DNA of 62,688 nucleotides, filler included, from Globobulimina sp. (lineage: Eukaryota), in the NCBI GenBank assembly GCA_003354225.1. It is 29 parts of 29 records of this genome, joined end to end, with 100 filler letters (N's around TTAATTAATTAA, not from the genome) between each part and the next. Parts side by side here need not be neighbours in the genome. Positions count along the whole stretch, not along the records: positions 1 to 2,067 come from PIVH01009279.1; positions 2,168 to 4,233 come from PIVH01009280.1; positions 4,334 to 6,399 come from PIVH01009281.1; positions 6,500 to 8,565 come from PIVH01009282.1; positions 8,666 to 10,731 come from PIVH01009283.1; positions 10,832 to 12,897 come from PIVH01009284.1; 23 more parts are not named here. One strand, 5' to 3'. Of this stretch, positions 1 to 12,446 are shown piece after piece. Every line of letters begins with the position of its first letter. Position 1 is the stretch's first letter. Both the position numbers and the translations under genes were made by a program. A model generated the notes under the pieces. The model searched no databases. It was not told the DNA's origin and worked only from the letters and a program-made list of their open reading frames with translations.

Positions 1-1225
1 ATCTCTGGCGGTAAACGTTTCTGTTGACAAAAATGTTGTGCATCGTCTAACTTATTTACAATCGAAGATGAAATTCTATCACCTTCTGTGATTAATGATG
101 TTATGGTACCAACAAAATACCCAAATAAACATGTTCCGATTAAAATAACCAATGAAGCTGTCCATTGTTCATAAGGATTGGTGGGGATAATATCACCTAT
201 TTATTATTATCAACATACAGCTGTAGCATGTTACAATGATGAAAATTAAACAGCAACACATACCATAACCAGTTGTAAATAATGTAACAACACTCCAATA
301 TGAGCTATATGAATATTTATAAAATAAATCCTTGTCCTCTTCACAAGTGATATCAACCTATATTGTTTTAAATATGTAAATGGTTTTTAAAATGCAAAAT
401 GAAATGAATTGCAACCTGCAGTGCATTCTTGTTTGTTACGTCCAATATCCACGACACATTATAAACAGAATGCGATTTACATCCAACATAATACCATAAA
501 CAGGCACAAATGTGAGCAGTTAACAAGGACAGACATAAAACTTTAAATAGTTTCAATGCCATTAATATTTCTCGGGCAACGACATGACTCATGAAACCAT
601 CAAATATTTTTACCATTTTTAATAAACGCAATATTTTAAATATGCGAAATAAACGAAATATACGCAATACTTTGAGATATGTTGCAAATTTATCCTCATT
701 ATGATGGTTGTCTGGCAAAATAAATTCAAATGGAAATGAAGTTACCAGATCCATGATGAACCAGCCTCTGATATATTTTTTAGCAATTTTTTTCGGGTTT
801 GTCATCAAACGCAAATCGTCATATTTATCAAAATAAGCAGTGCGGAAATTTAATATTATGTCAAACAATAAACAAATATCAATTATTAATGCAATGACAC
901 CAAATTGACTATATTCACCAATTAATTCTAATGTTATACCAAAACCCAAAGTAAATGGCACTTCTAAAGATGTATATATTAACATTAACATTACTGCGAC
1001 ATCCCATGAACAACGAAATGCGCCAAATGGATGTAACATTGGTAATTTTATACATAAACGACATAGTTTATCAGAGAAAGATAGTTTGTTTTCTTCAGAT
1101 TCTCTCCAAACATGTTGCTGTGATTGAGTTATTGTTGACGAGTTACGGTTCTTCCAAATATGTCGTGAATCAGGTGGCAATGGCATTTCTTTCTTATTTA
1201 CAATTGACTGCAGTGTTGAAGACAT
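1..1225 (-). CDS. Cyclic-nucleotide-regulated/EAG-like voltage-gated cation (K+) channel, 3' partial
   Basis: HPFGAFRCSWD, LNFRTAY, IAKKYIRGWFIMDLVTSFPF and an S4 segment (LRIFRLFRIFKILRLLK). Removing GT-AG introns 358-415 and 197-263 restores the pore YWSVVTLFTTGYGDIIP, then S6 and the start of the C-linker. Confidence 0.93.
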
Positions 1226-1394
1226 GACGTTAATTATTGTTTAATTCTTTTCTAAAAACTATAGTCTTCGATGATGGTGACGGTTCTTTTGGTTCTGCTC
1301 ATACAATTTACGCATACACGCTCGCAAGGTTTAGTTTCATTAATTTCCTCAATCAATAACTCATTTAATTAATATCCAAACCAATGATAAAAAG

Positions 1395-2067
1395 ATGTTT
1401 GTTTTTGGGGTCGAGCGAGCGAATATTAATCAAAGTAATACTTTTATGAATGGACAATTTGTAGAAAGTGGAATATATAATTCTAGGCCATATTATACGT
1501 TAGCTTTAGGTGCAGGATGTTCTGGTCCTGTGTATCTATGGTATCGTAGTGATGCAACAGATTGGTATATAACAAAAACTGTTCCTGGTGGTACAACGTA
1601 TTGGGCTCGCTGTGATAGCTCAAATGCTGACATCGAAGCTGGATGTGGTCCTGGAACGTGGATGTTTACAGCAGGCCCTTTAGTAGATCCTAATGCTTAT
1701 ACCGCATACGGTTCATGTCCAGGTATGATATACATATCACATACATTCATACGTATACACGTATCACGTACAACTACTGTATGTCTAATATATAGAATGG
1801 GACTGTGATATGGTACGCCTATCAAATGTAGGAAATGGATGTGATGACGATTTTTCTGTTAAAATCGCTACAAATGCCTGGAGCAACGCTGCAGCAAATA
1901 CATATTTTTGGTTTGATCCTAGATTCTTTTATTGGCGTTGTACAGCGACATATTGTACGGATTGTCCTGGCTGTAACAATTGGGCTATCACAGCCATGGC
2001 CAGCGGATGGATAGACAATACAGAAGGGAGCAGCGCAAATTTAGATTTTACGTATCCTGCACTCACA
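1395..2067 (+). CDS. Cys/Trp-rich putative extracellular protein, partial
   Basis: ORFs 1395-1808 and 1810-2067 join in frame through intron 1723-1795 (GTATGA...ATAG), giving GSCP-E-WDCDMV. No family recognised. Confidence 0.6.
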
Positions 2068-2167
2068 NNNNNNNNNNNNNNNNNNNNNNNNNNNNNNNNN
2101 NNNNNNNNNNNTTAATTAATTAANNNNNNNNNNNNNNNNNNNNNNNNNNNNNNNNNNNNNNNNNNNN
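2068..2167. other. Artificial contig spacer (first of 28 copies)
   Basis: 44 N + TTAATTAATTAA (stops in all six frames) + 44 N. It recurs about every 2165 nt, and the flanked contigs decrease monotonically from 2067 to 2064 bp. Confidence 0.99.
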
Positions 2168-2341
2168 AAGCCGTATCAAGAAAGTATTAAAAAAGAAATA
2201 TTTGAGTCTCAATATACTGGCAAAGACTTAGCAGAAATTGAATTTTATCATATTCAATCAATGGGAATTAAAAAAATCAGTGCAAGAAATGCTGTCTATA
2301 AAGCAATTCAAAAACTTATCAAAAAGAATTGCGTCAAATGA
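2168..2341 (+). CDS. C-terminal SAM-like domain fragment
   Basis: Frame open from the contig edge: ...YTGKDLAEIEFYHIQSMGIKKISARNAVYKAIQKL, stop TGA at 2339-2341. Confidence 0.55.
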   Translation, partial: KPYQESIKKEIFESQYTGKDLAEIEFYHIQSMGIKKISARNAVYKAIQKLIKKNCVK

Positions 2342-2609
2342 ACCAACTCCATATATTTAGCAATTGACTTTTTAGGTTCCACACTTCTAAACACTTCTTT
2401 TCTATTGACTAAGTTTTTCGGAGTTGCCTAACGCCAAAATTCAAACCGTATGAATTGTCATTATGCTCCAGCTTTGTTTAATTGTATTGTCTCTATCCTC
2501 GCACATCTCGATCAATGATTATGTATGGACGCGTATATTATAATTAATTGTTATTTATATAATTTAATATTTAAGAAAAAGAAATAAAGAAAAATTTAAA
2601 ATAAGTTTA

Positions 2610-3292
2610 TAATTCACATATATTTACAAATTTCTATCTTTATCCAACAATTTATTTTTGTCAATTCGATCTTTAGCCAATGCTTTTTGAGCAAATCGAT
2701 GTAGAAACGTATGATAATCGACAACCGCTTCAATCGCCCCTTCTTTCATAATATATCGAATTCCATGTTTTTTAGAAAATTCTTGAATTTGCCTTGCAGC
2801 CAAAGCATAATAAACGGGATAAATCGAGGGTGCGATATGGTGCTCAATCTGAGCATTAATGCCACCAAAAACAGTCGTATAGCAATAGCCATATATCCCA
2901 TGTCACCGTCTGATCCATTCATCATTCAATGGAATGTCTGATCCATTCATCATAATTATTAATAATATCCTCATCGCCTCGTTTCTCAGCTTGTTCATAA
3001 TGGAAATGTGCTAAATCTTTTTGGTTATGAGATATCTGAAATAAATACGCCAAAGTTGCAATGCTGCAAAGTAATCGCTAATTACATCAAGTAATTCCAA
3101 ACAGATCAGAAAAATATGTCCAATAAATTTAATTCTGCAACATCGACATGATCTGCTCATACATGCTGCAATCACAGTGAGAAAAACACAGCCATACACT
3201 AACACTCCAGCTGTGACCTCTAAATACAACACAGCATCGAAATCAATATTTTTGGCCCAAGTACGGAAGCTTTCCATGATGAAACTGTGCAA
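2610..3292 (-). pseudogene. Disrupted membrane-protein gene
   Basis: Hydrophobic ORF (LELLDVISDY) is followed by stops and a 17-nt duplication, TCTGATCCATTCATCAT (2908-2924 and 2937-2953). Confidence 0.35.
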
Positions 3293-3523
3293 ATATTCGG
3301 TACAGTGTTACTTCAACTACTAAGGAGATATTGATCAAATGTGTTGATAAAAATTAACTACGGCAGTTTAATTAGATTTCATTCTTGCAAATAGAATGAC
3401 TGCAAATATGATGCAAAAGGAGAACAATATGAGAAAAAATAACAATTATTAATTATTAAAAATAAACTAAAAACGCAGTATAATTAATTAAATCCATCCT
3501 CATTATCCCCAATACGTATATAC

Positions 3524-4233
3524 TCAATACGTATGATACGCTTTCTTTGAATTTCTTTGATAAAAAAACATATATCCATGTTGTTTCAAGACAGTCCCCA
3601 CACTCACACTCCTCACAGACGCATCGTTGCATAAATACCACTTATTATTCGCAGTCCGCACATAACTAAAATAATGTCCACAATTCGAGTACTTCCCGCT
3701 ATGAATCAACACCGCATACAACGTATACCCCACTTTCATCCCCCTCTCCTTATACCGTCCATACTGACTCATAAACGGCGTCAAATCCAAACTCGTTTCA
3801 AAGCGCACAAACTTATCAATCTTAGTCCCAAACTCGAACCGCTTCAAATGCAATACCAATATGTTCGGCGCATCGAATATCGTCAGCTGTTTGCTCGCAT
3901 TCTGTTTCACCGCGCAATACTGACAAAAATACTTATTGTCCCCAGTCAACTTCTCCTGGCACGTAAACTTGCGCAATGCCGCCGCAATGCTGCTACATCC
4001 CCGTATCTCCAGCGACAAATCCACGATGGAATCGTACGTATTTGAGCCTTTATTGCACACTGCGCACAATATCTGCGACCGGAGGTAGCCGCCCCAGATC
4101 TTGTAAATGATGCTCGTTTCCTGGATGGCAATGGCCAGTTTCTTGCCATTCCGCTCGTTGCTCTGCGGAATCACGGCGGACTGCAAATGTTTAACCAACG
4201 CCGTCCACAGTTCGTGACTGTCCTCCTGGCGGC
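3524..4233 (-). CDS. Ubiquitin-specific protease (peptidase C19, USP36/42-like), 5' partial
   Basis: QEDSHE box at the contig edge, two CxxC pairs, LVLHLKRF, His box HSGKYSNCGHYFSYV and WYLCND. Confidence 0.93.
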
Positions 4234-4333
4234 NNNNNNNNNNNNNNNNNNNNNNNNNNNNNNNNNNNNNNNNNNNNTTAATTAATTAANNNNNNNNNNN
4301 NNNNNNNNNNNNNNNNNNNNNNNNNNNNNNNNN

Positions 4334-4767
4334 CGATTTCGGTAATTTCTGTGAAATGATTTACATGATTTAATATTGCATAATGATGCAATGATATATT
4401 TTTTGAGTATATACTCATAAAATAGCTCAAATTGTAATGAAGAATGAGTATGGTTCGCTATTATATGATGGTAATCATTTAATAATTTTACACTGGAATA
4501 GTTTGGTACTAATTCATAGAGTAAATTGTACATTGAGATACTTGCTTTTTTCTCATTTGCTTTTTCGTCATTTATTTCATCGATGTCATGCAATGATATC
4601 GATCTGCTGTAAAATTGTAAGATTATTCCTATCCGGTTGGTACATGCACATTTTTCAATGTCATTACAATCATCGTTATACTTGTATTTGTAGGAACGTT
4701 TACTGAACCAATCGGCTCTATTGATAGCATTCATTATAGCTTTGCCGTTGCTAGTTTTTGTTGTCAT
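4334..4767 (-). CDS. Hypothetical protein, 3' partial
   Basis: Open frame with LLNDYHHIIANH...CNIKSCKSFHRNYR, resembling from recall an expanded foraminiferan hypothetical family. Confidence 0.5.
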
Positions 4768-4965
4768 CAGTAGCTTACTTCAGTATGACAGAATGCGTTC
4801 ATTCCACCAACCATTTGAATGGAAGGCAATTAATGGATGGTCTAATCACTTGGTAATCGTCAGAACTATATGAAAAACCTTTTTAAGCTTTGAGTTTTTT
4901 TCTGTAACGAGCATCAACGCTAAAATAAAGTAGTTTGCCCATGGATTAACATTAAACGAATAACA

Positions 4966-6159
4966 ATGTCGAATAACGATCCAGATTTTAAACCACCTCC
5001 CGATGCTCCAATATTAATTCTTACGATGCAAATGACGTTCATAGCTGAAAACGTAGCAATAATATTAAATATGTTGTTAATTTTTACATTTATTTACCAG
5101 GTTAAAAAAGAAAGAGCCAAAATATCAAAGGAGTGGAACAAAGGAGTTTCACGCAGTCACAGTTCAACTGCGCCATCTCCGCCATCTCCAAAGCAGAAAG
5201 GTGTAAATAACCAATCAATCCATATGACATTCTTATTGCTTACGATTGGTTTCATCTTTTCAATCTGTCAGGGTCTCATAGAAAATTGGCTGACCAATGA
5301 TTGCGGCGCGGCGTGGCTGCAATGGCTAACATTCTTTTTCTACGTATTCCACAGAGAATTGTTACTATTGTCATTTCTGCATCGATTAAAATTCGTATTT
5401 AGAGACAGTGCCTATGCATATCCTGATTGCTTTTATTATACGTTGTTGATATTAATTATAATGCACTTCGTTGCGAGCTTCATAATCTATGGCATGGATC
5501 ACGCCGTCACCTATGTCGATATCAAAATGTATACGGGCTTTTCAGGCAATATATTATGTTCCTGGTCCATGGGATATTTGATTTCGTTCATAAGCAGACC
5601 CATTGAGATTGTGTTGATGTTGATTTTGGTCGCTGCCTTTTTGTGTATGTCTGATATGTAAAACGTTGCTAAATGATATTTTAAATTAAACACAGACAAA
5701 TTATGGCAAATTCATACTGAATTTACAAAATATATTGTGAATGATGGAAGCAATGCGCCCCAAATCCAAAAAACCAGCAAATTATTGATTATATTCAGAA
5801 AGATTACATTTTTGACATTGTCTGCCATCGCAACCACAATAGTTATACAATTCGGATATATCAGTTTTAAGCCATTTGCATTTGCGTTATCATTGGATGC
5901 CGTATTTAATTCATTTTGCGTATTTTTGATGTTTCAATTCAATCAAATATTTATTAAACAGTGTTTTGGATATAAGTGTGACAGATTATGTTGTATTGAA
6001 TTTCAAGGCGGAACGTGCAAATGCCATATTATTAATTGCTTCGAATTCAGTTCGTGTTGCAATACATCGATATCAGTCCCACCCATTCCGTCTGTAACAG
6101 CCTCTGGCGACATTCAACTGAAAGTTGTACAAAAAGATAATCAAACAAATGACAATTAA
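4966..6159 (+). CDS. 7TM GPCR-like membrane protein
   Basis: Two hydrophobic ORFs join through intron 5645-5695 (GTATGT...ACAG), giving AAFL-Y-KLWQ. About 7 hydrophobic segments, FLHRL after TM3, and a Cys-rich tail. Confidence 0.72.
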
Positions 6160-6499
6160 TTCTCTCTGAATAAATTATTGTATGAATATATTGTTAAACT
6201 TTTCTTAACAAAGAACAAATGTTAAAAAATTAATAAGTGTTCGTGTTGTAAACCATTGCCATTTGTAGATGGTGACTTTTTCGCCTATAAAATATAACTA
6301 CATAATAACAGACGGTTGATATATAAATGCCAATTGACCAATAACAGGCGACAAATGTACCAACATTTGATTCATGATAACCAACCTTCTTTTCTTTGTN
6401 NNNNNNNNNNNNNNNNNNNNNNNNNNNNNNNNNNNNNNNNNNNTTAATTAATTAANNNNNNNNNNNNNNNNNNNNNNNNNNNNNNNNNNNNNNNNNNNN

Positions 6500-6717
6500 G
6501 TGGACTATATTTAGAAATATGATGTAAACAATGTGTTGCATTCAACTCTGTTGTACTGTTTGTATCAACCATCGTAGTGATGATATTGCCGGTGGTGGAT
6601 GTTGAGGTATATGATGCAGAAAAAAATAATAGATTGAATGCAATGAATAGATTGGATACAAGTATAATGCTCAACAACCCATAAAATGTCCTAATGTTTT
6701 TGAAACTGAAACCCATG
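6500..6717 (-). CDS. Signal-anchor protein N-terminus, 3' partial
   Basis: MGFSFKNIRTFYGLLSIILVSNLFIAFNLLFF followed by a Thr-rich stem; cut by the contig edge. Confidence 0.45.
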
Positions 6718-6779
6718 TTAGCCTTTAGAGTGACTTTACAAAGTTTTTTAATAAACTTAAGAAGTGTGCAAGTAGTCGT

Positions 6780-7234
6780 TTTTTGATGTCCTTCCAATAT
6801 AATTCCAATATCATTTAGGTCATTTTTATCAGTAATTTCTTGTATGGATTCCATCGAATCAAATCCATTTTTGATGAATGAATCATAATACATACTAAGT
6901 GCTATCGAATCTAACCATAATCTAACTTCTTTTGCCCCTCTTCATTGACATTATAACTGACAGCTTCACGCTCGCCCAGTGGCTCTATCTCATTGGCATT
7001 CTCTCCATGGCCGCCATCACCTGCTGTCATTTCCAAATTAAAATTATTGATTCTCGCAACAACATCATCATCACAATTATTAACGTAACCTACATCTGTT
7101 TCATTCACAGCTGCCACAATGTCCTCATCCAAAAATGCAATATTTGTTTTGTTGATATTGGCGACAATATCATATGCACCATTTTCAACGCGCAGATTCT
7201 TATCAATAGGCACTATCTCTTGGGTCATTTCCAT
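6780..7234 (-). pseudogene. SAM-domain gene with a 1-nt frameshift and truncation
   Basis: Acidic ORF 7234-6911 continues after a -1 shift near 6935 as EVRLWLDSIALSMYYDSFIKNGFDSMESIQEITDKNDLNDIGIILEGHQK (SAM). Similarity stops abruptly near 6780. Confidence 0.7.
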
Positions 7235-7434
7235 GTTGCGTATCTTAATTAATTAATTTATATTTATTTGTTTTTTATATCTCAAAAATGTATATAGCCC
7301 ATTTAAGGGTTTGGACCCCTATTTTTTTGACAAATTGACAAAAACGATTTGACAATTTGACAGTACCGCTAACTCCTCCATGGCCCAAATGTTTTCACTT
7401 GTCAAATTTTTAATTTTTCAAATTTGACAGAAAA

Positions 7435-8430
7435 TCAAAAAGCATGGCGTCGTCTCTGAGTTAAGAAATGCGGGGCAAAGATGGTGTTTGCTATGCGGAG
7501 GTCGGTGCGCATTAGTAATGATTTCATATGTGCATAATGTGAATTAGTGTTATGATCAGTGATTTCAGCGCCCAGTCTGCCATTGAAATCACCAATTACA
7601 AAGACATTATGGTAGCTCGCCTTGAGGCGGTTTATGTTGGCCGATAATGTGTTATAGAATTTGGTACTGCGAATGGGAGTTTTGGGATTGAACGGTCGCA
7701 CATAATTGACTGATAAATAAGTCGGTTTCAGTTGATTAGGGAACTCAACGGACAGCCAAATGGTATTTAGACCCCTGGTTTTTTGGATGTATCGTATATT
7801 GTTCTTGAGCTGCCGCTTTTTGTATATTAATATGCCTCCAATTCTGGCAGTATTATTAGTTTGTATTGGAGATTTGTGGGCAATTAATGTGTATCAGGGG
7901 ACTGATCAGGTGGGTCTGGAGGAGCAGCGGGTGTCTATGAGACAGATTATGTCCAATTTATGCTGTACAATCAGCTGCTGCATGCATGGGTGTGTGGGTT
8001 GTTTTGTACTTCGCAGAGCCATTGATATTCAGGAATCCAATGGTGAGGTTTTTGATTAATATTTTCGTAGCTGTGATGGGCTCAATTTTAGGGGCATATA
8101 ATTGCAGGAATGGGAATTTCTGTATTATGTTCGGAAGATGGTTGGTTGGTTGGTTCACCTTCAATGTACTTGAAATCGTTGGCGAATTTGTGGATATCTC
8201 GTATGATGGCAGGATCTCTGTGGTATGCATGCAGCTGAACATATTGGATTTGCTCAACATTGGAGTCCGTGAAGGGAATGGCTTTGAAGCGCAAGGGAAT
8301 GTGCTTAGGAAAGTGTTGTTTGATGTGGTATTTGATGCGGTGTACTGGCATCAGGAAAATCTCGTCCAACAACATGACTTTGGATATTATGCTTTCGAAA
8401 ACAAATACGTGACAGTCGTGGATCCTCAAT
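7435..8430 (-). mobile_element. Degraded non-LTR retrotransposon fragment (APE endonuclease)
   Basis: Motifs GFLNING, LDIICLIDT, GGILIY, YVRP, VIGDFNGRLG and NT. One frameshift near 7990 and two in-frame TGA codons near 7906 and 7894. Higher GC than the flanks; no RT domain in this contig. Confidence 0.82.
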
Positions 8431-8920
8431 AAAATATGTTATACAGACAGATACATAAACATCAACAAGGGTATTAGATCATAATCGCTAAAAATGTTGA
8501 GATTTCATGTTGTTTGCTATTTTTAGTTGCTATTTTTAGAAAGCAAAACTAACACAGATCTTTAGNNNNNNNNNNNNNNNNNNNNNNNNNNNNNNNNNNN
8601 NNNNNNNNNTTAATTAATTAANNNNNNNNNNNNNNNNNNNNNNNNNNNNNNNNNNNNNNNNNNNNAATATTTATGTACTTATCAATTGGTTGAATTTCGT
8701 TACTTTTAAATATTTCTTGAATCAGAGTGATTGAATGATTTGCCGCCGATGGCCAATTCGATGTGTCCATTTTAGGCGGCGCTTCCGCCGCAAAATTACT
8801 TCCTAAAATGGCGTGCAATTTGCCGGTTATTGTGGTTTTGGGTCTGGAAGAAGACATTTTCAACAGTCCAACTGTTTTCTATTAAGCTTACTAGAGAACA
8901 TCTAATCTTTCTCCTTGACC

Positions 8921-10670
8921 ATGCCAGCAAAACATATCCAACATAGACATGTACTCATTGATGAAACATATCCAACACAGTCAAATGTAACATTACGCGC
9001 CAAAACAAGGACACAACAGTCGAATGCAACACCGTCAAAACGAAAACGAAGAACAAACGTAAGTCATCGTAAACGGTATCCACATTCATCCGATCGAAGC
9101 ATTCGAAAAAAAATCGCAGAGAAAAGAAAATTGAAAAATCAAAAATCTGCAAAAGAATCAAGAGAATTTCGAAGAAATAGGGAAAAATATTTAGATAAGC
9201 AATTACCAAAAGGATTAGCGTTAAAAGCGTTGTTGCAGAAGAAAATTACGAATAATGTACGTTTTTGTTTGTATAAAAACTTTACTTATTTGTACCAACA
9301 CAAACTGAGAAGAAATAATTGCAACAATATAAAATATACAGACGCAAACTGACTGTAATAGCGATAGCGATAGCGATGAAGTTGAGATAAATAATATTGT
9401 ACAACAAATGGTGGATAATTCAGGTATCGAATATTATGATTATCAGCAAATTATGGATAATAAACAGCAAATAATGGATGACTTTATTTGTGAATTTCTT
9501 AACGATTATGTAACTTCACCGAGAAATAATAAAATCGATGATTTATATTTAGAAAATTTAGAAAATGAACCAGAATATAAAGAGATGGAACGTGAGATGG
9601 AAACAAATCCATTGCCAAAAAAGTATGTTCATTGATTGTTACTTTATATATTATTTTGTAAAATATATATACAGAAACAACAAAAAAGCCACAAAAAGAA
9701 GAAAACAATCTGCCCCGAAACAAATTAAGTATGTTTGCATCATAAAACGTTTCTGGTTTACATTTGTTTTTCAAATTTGTATTTGTTTTCCTTTTCTTGA
9801 TTTGACGAATATCCAAATGTAGATTAGGTATTCCTCGTTGTAGCGATATTGGGCCTGCCGTTTCTGTCCATGCACCACATATTGGATCAAGTTTTAATGC
9901 ATTTTTTAATGGTTTTAGTGAGGGAATCAAGTGGTTACCAATTGAGTATGTTTCCTTTGTCAATTATTAAATAACGTTTTTGAGATTTGTTGTTTTTTTA
10001 TTTGCAAAGTGCGTATCCAGAGCCAGCGCGAAAGAAAAGAAGGAAAGCTGAAACACCGTCAATTACAAAGGAGAAAGAACCAGTGGCTATAGATTGTAAT
10101 ATGGAAGAAAAGAGAAATGAAAATGTTCAAAATGAATGGTGGAACGAATCATGTAATGGTACTATGCCGCATAATGATGTCATGCATAATTATAGCAGCA
10201 ATAATGTATCACCAACTGCATCAACATTTGCAGGTTTTAATTACAGTCCAGCTCCACCACCGTTAGCATTGCCTTTCGCAACAAATCCGTATAACCAATC
10301 AGCAACATATATGCTTCCAAGTACACCCATATCATCTCCATCATCGATAGCATCATCAGCGACACCAATGGCTGCTACACCAATGACTCCACCATCAGTA
10401 CAAATGTCGTCCATTCAACACATGGCATCAATACAATGTAGACAAATGATATGGACACCAACGACGCCAACATCGCAACCATTATATGTAAAGAATTTAA
10501 TCCCACCAACTCCTGATATCTCTGCCAATAATCATTGGCATAATTCAGATGCATTGAATTTAAATGTTTCAGAATCACTTAACATCGAATTGAATATGTT
10601 AGAACCATATGCTTATCCAAAAGGTTGTACGTCATATCCTCAATTTATTAGCAAATCTAAATTCACGTAA
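8921..10670 (+). CDS. bZIP-like transcription factor, five exons
   Basis: Basic region KRKLKNQKSAKESREFRRNREKYL. Four phase-consistent GT-AG introns (9257-9341, 9623-9674, 9729-9822, 9946-10009) link the separate ORFs. NLS-like RKKRRK and a Pro/Ser/Thr-rich tail. Confidence 0.72.
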
Positions 10671-10925
10671 ATATAAATACTCAAATCTATATCTCAAAAA
10701 AAAAAATTAAATAAATTAATTATTTTTTTTTNNNNNNNNNNNNNNNNNNNNNNNNNNNNNNNNNNNNNNNNNNNNTTAATTAATTAANNNNNNNNNNNNN
10801 NNNNNNNNNNNNNNNNNNNNNNNNNNNNNNNGAAGCTGGTTCAAAATAAGGTGTTGTTCATTCAAAAAATTAACAAAACCTTATAATTTGATAAATATAC
10901 AAAGATTGTATGCGAATCGTCAGTA

Positions 10926-12446
10926 TTGGAATATTTAGAAAAGGTGATGCTATTCGAAGAAAATAAGTTAAATCAACAATTAAGAAATTTGACTAAATTC
11001 CATCACGCTATACTCCACAAACAAAATGATGCAAATTCCGAAAATCAGAGTTTGTATAAAACCGAAAATGACATAAATTATATCGAATCAGCTATAAAAA
11101 ACTATCAAAAGTATATGCATAATTCAGTGTTCTCGACAATTTCTGTCGATTGGCTGGAATCTTCAGTTTATTTGCAAGATAAAATAAATAAATGTAAACA
11201 ACAAAATGAAACATTAATATCTCAACTGGAAAATATAAAAATAAACACAGTTGAGACTACGCAGAATGATATGAACAAACTGCAGAATAAATGCATTCAA
11301 TTAACAGAGCAAAATGTAAACCTTAAAAAAATACTAAATGATAAACAAAAATATCTACAAAACGATTTAGAACACAAGTTATCCAAATTAAAGGCAGAAA
11401 ATATATTTCTAAAAAAGAACATTTCCACATTGTATGAAAGGTCAATGAAGCAATTATCAGATATCCAGTCAACGCTAAAATGTTCGAATCCAATTACGTT
11501 GAAATTAAGCAATGTCAATCATGAAATTAACAAAATAGCGCATGATGTCCAACCATCGGAGTTAATGAACGATTTGTACACAAACTTGCGCTGTGTATCC
11601 AAATATAACCAAACTTTTATTGCTCAACAAAACAAGCTCTGCAATGAAATGAAGAGTGAGTCAGCAAAATTGTTGAATGCGATGGAAATACAAAACATTG
11701 AAAACGAGAAAATCAGAGATGAAGAAATACAAAAATTGGTTGAAGAGACGAGAATAAATTTGCAGAAACAATATGGAGAATACAATAATGTCTGTACTGA
11801 CAAAGTGGAAAACATTAAAAATGAATCTATCAAATATCGGCAACATTTGTTGCATGAAACAAAGGAACAAATTAAAGATAAAAAGAAGAATTTTGAAACA
11901 GCCAACAATTTGATGCGCGAGAAATATGAAGAAGAAATATTGCATATTAAGCAAATATACGTGAAGAAAAATAACAAATTGTCAAATGATATTGAAATAT
12001 TACGCAAACAGCTAATTACTGAAAAACAACAATGTGAAACTGAGGCGAATCACAAAATTGCAGTGTGCCACAAAAAAATGAGCAACGAATTTGAAGAGAA
12101 AATAGCAATGAAAGAGAAGCAAATTGAGGATCGGATGAAAATGGTTGAGATGAGATATGAAATGAAAATGAATGAATTGGTAAAAATAAATGATGAAAAG
12201 ATAACTGACGAAAGAGCACAATTTAAAATACAACAAGAAATGTTACAAACTGAAATTGAAAATTTAAGCAAGAATTTCAAAAAAGAGATCCAGATTTTAA
12301 AGAGGTTTAAGCCGCATCACATCGTACATGTTCCATTGAATCCAATCAATAATAATAATAACAATAAAAGTCATGAAATTAATAATAATTCAAGTTATCG
12401 CTCTCAATTACAAGAATATATTACAGCAAATAACTCTGAATCGTAA
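10926..12446 (+). CDS. Long coiled-coil protein, likely 5' partial
   Basis: 506-codon open frame rich in E/K/Q/N with heptad character. Confidence 0.75.
   Translation: MEYLEKVMLFEENKLNQQLRNLTKFHHAILHKQNDANSENQSLYKTENDINYIESAIKNYQKYMHNSVFSTISVDWLESSVYLQDKINKCKQQNETLISQLENIKINTVETTQNDMNKLQNKCIQLTEQNVNLKKILNDKQKYLQNDLEHKLSKLKAENIFLKKNISTLYERSMKQLSDIQSTLKCSNPITLKLSNVNHEINKIAHDVQPSELMNDLYTNLRCVSKYNQTFIAQQNKLCNEMKSESAKLLNAMEIQNIENEKIRDEEIQKLVEETRINLQKQYGEYNNVCTDKVENIKNESIKYRQHLLHETKEQIKDKKKNFETANNLMREKYEEEILHIKQIYVKKNNKLSNDIEILRKQLITEKQQCETEANHKIAVCHKKMSNEFEEKIAMKEKQIEDRMKMVEMRYEMKMNELVKINDEKITDERAQFKIQQEMLQTEIENLSKNFKKEIQILKRFKPHHIVHVPLNPINNNNNNKSHEINNNSSYRSQLQEYITANNSES

Noticed and set aside
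7245..7256. TTAATTAATTAA without flanking Ns, near an internal junction
   Set aside because: It is low-complexity AT sequence that is plausible by chance; it cannot be shown to be a spacer remnant.
7327..7429. TTGACA as bacterial -35 boxes
   Set aside because: The context is eukaryotic, the copies are tandem, and there is no consistent -10 element or bacterial gene.
7890..7910. TGA reassignment suggested by two in-frame TGA codons in the endonuclease
   Set aside because: The element also has a frameshift, and intact genes (PPR, USP, CCCH, lectin) end in TGA and use TGG for Trp.
11297..12280. Numerous antisense and alternate-frame ORFs here and over other genes
   Set aside because: They are shadows of biased codon usage on the coding strand and have no independent motifs.
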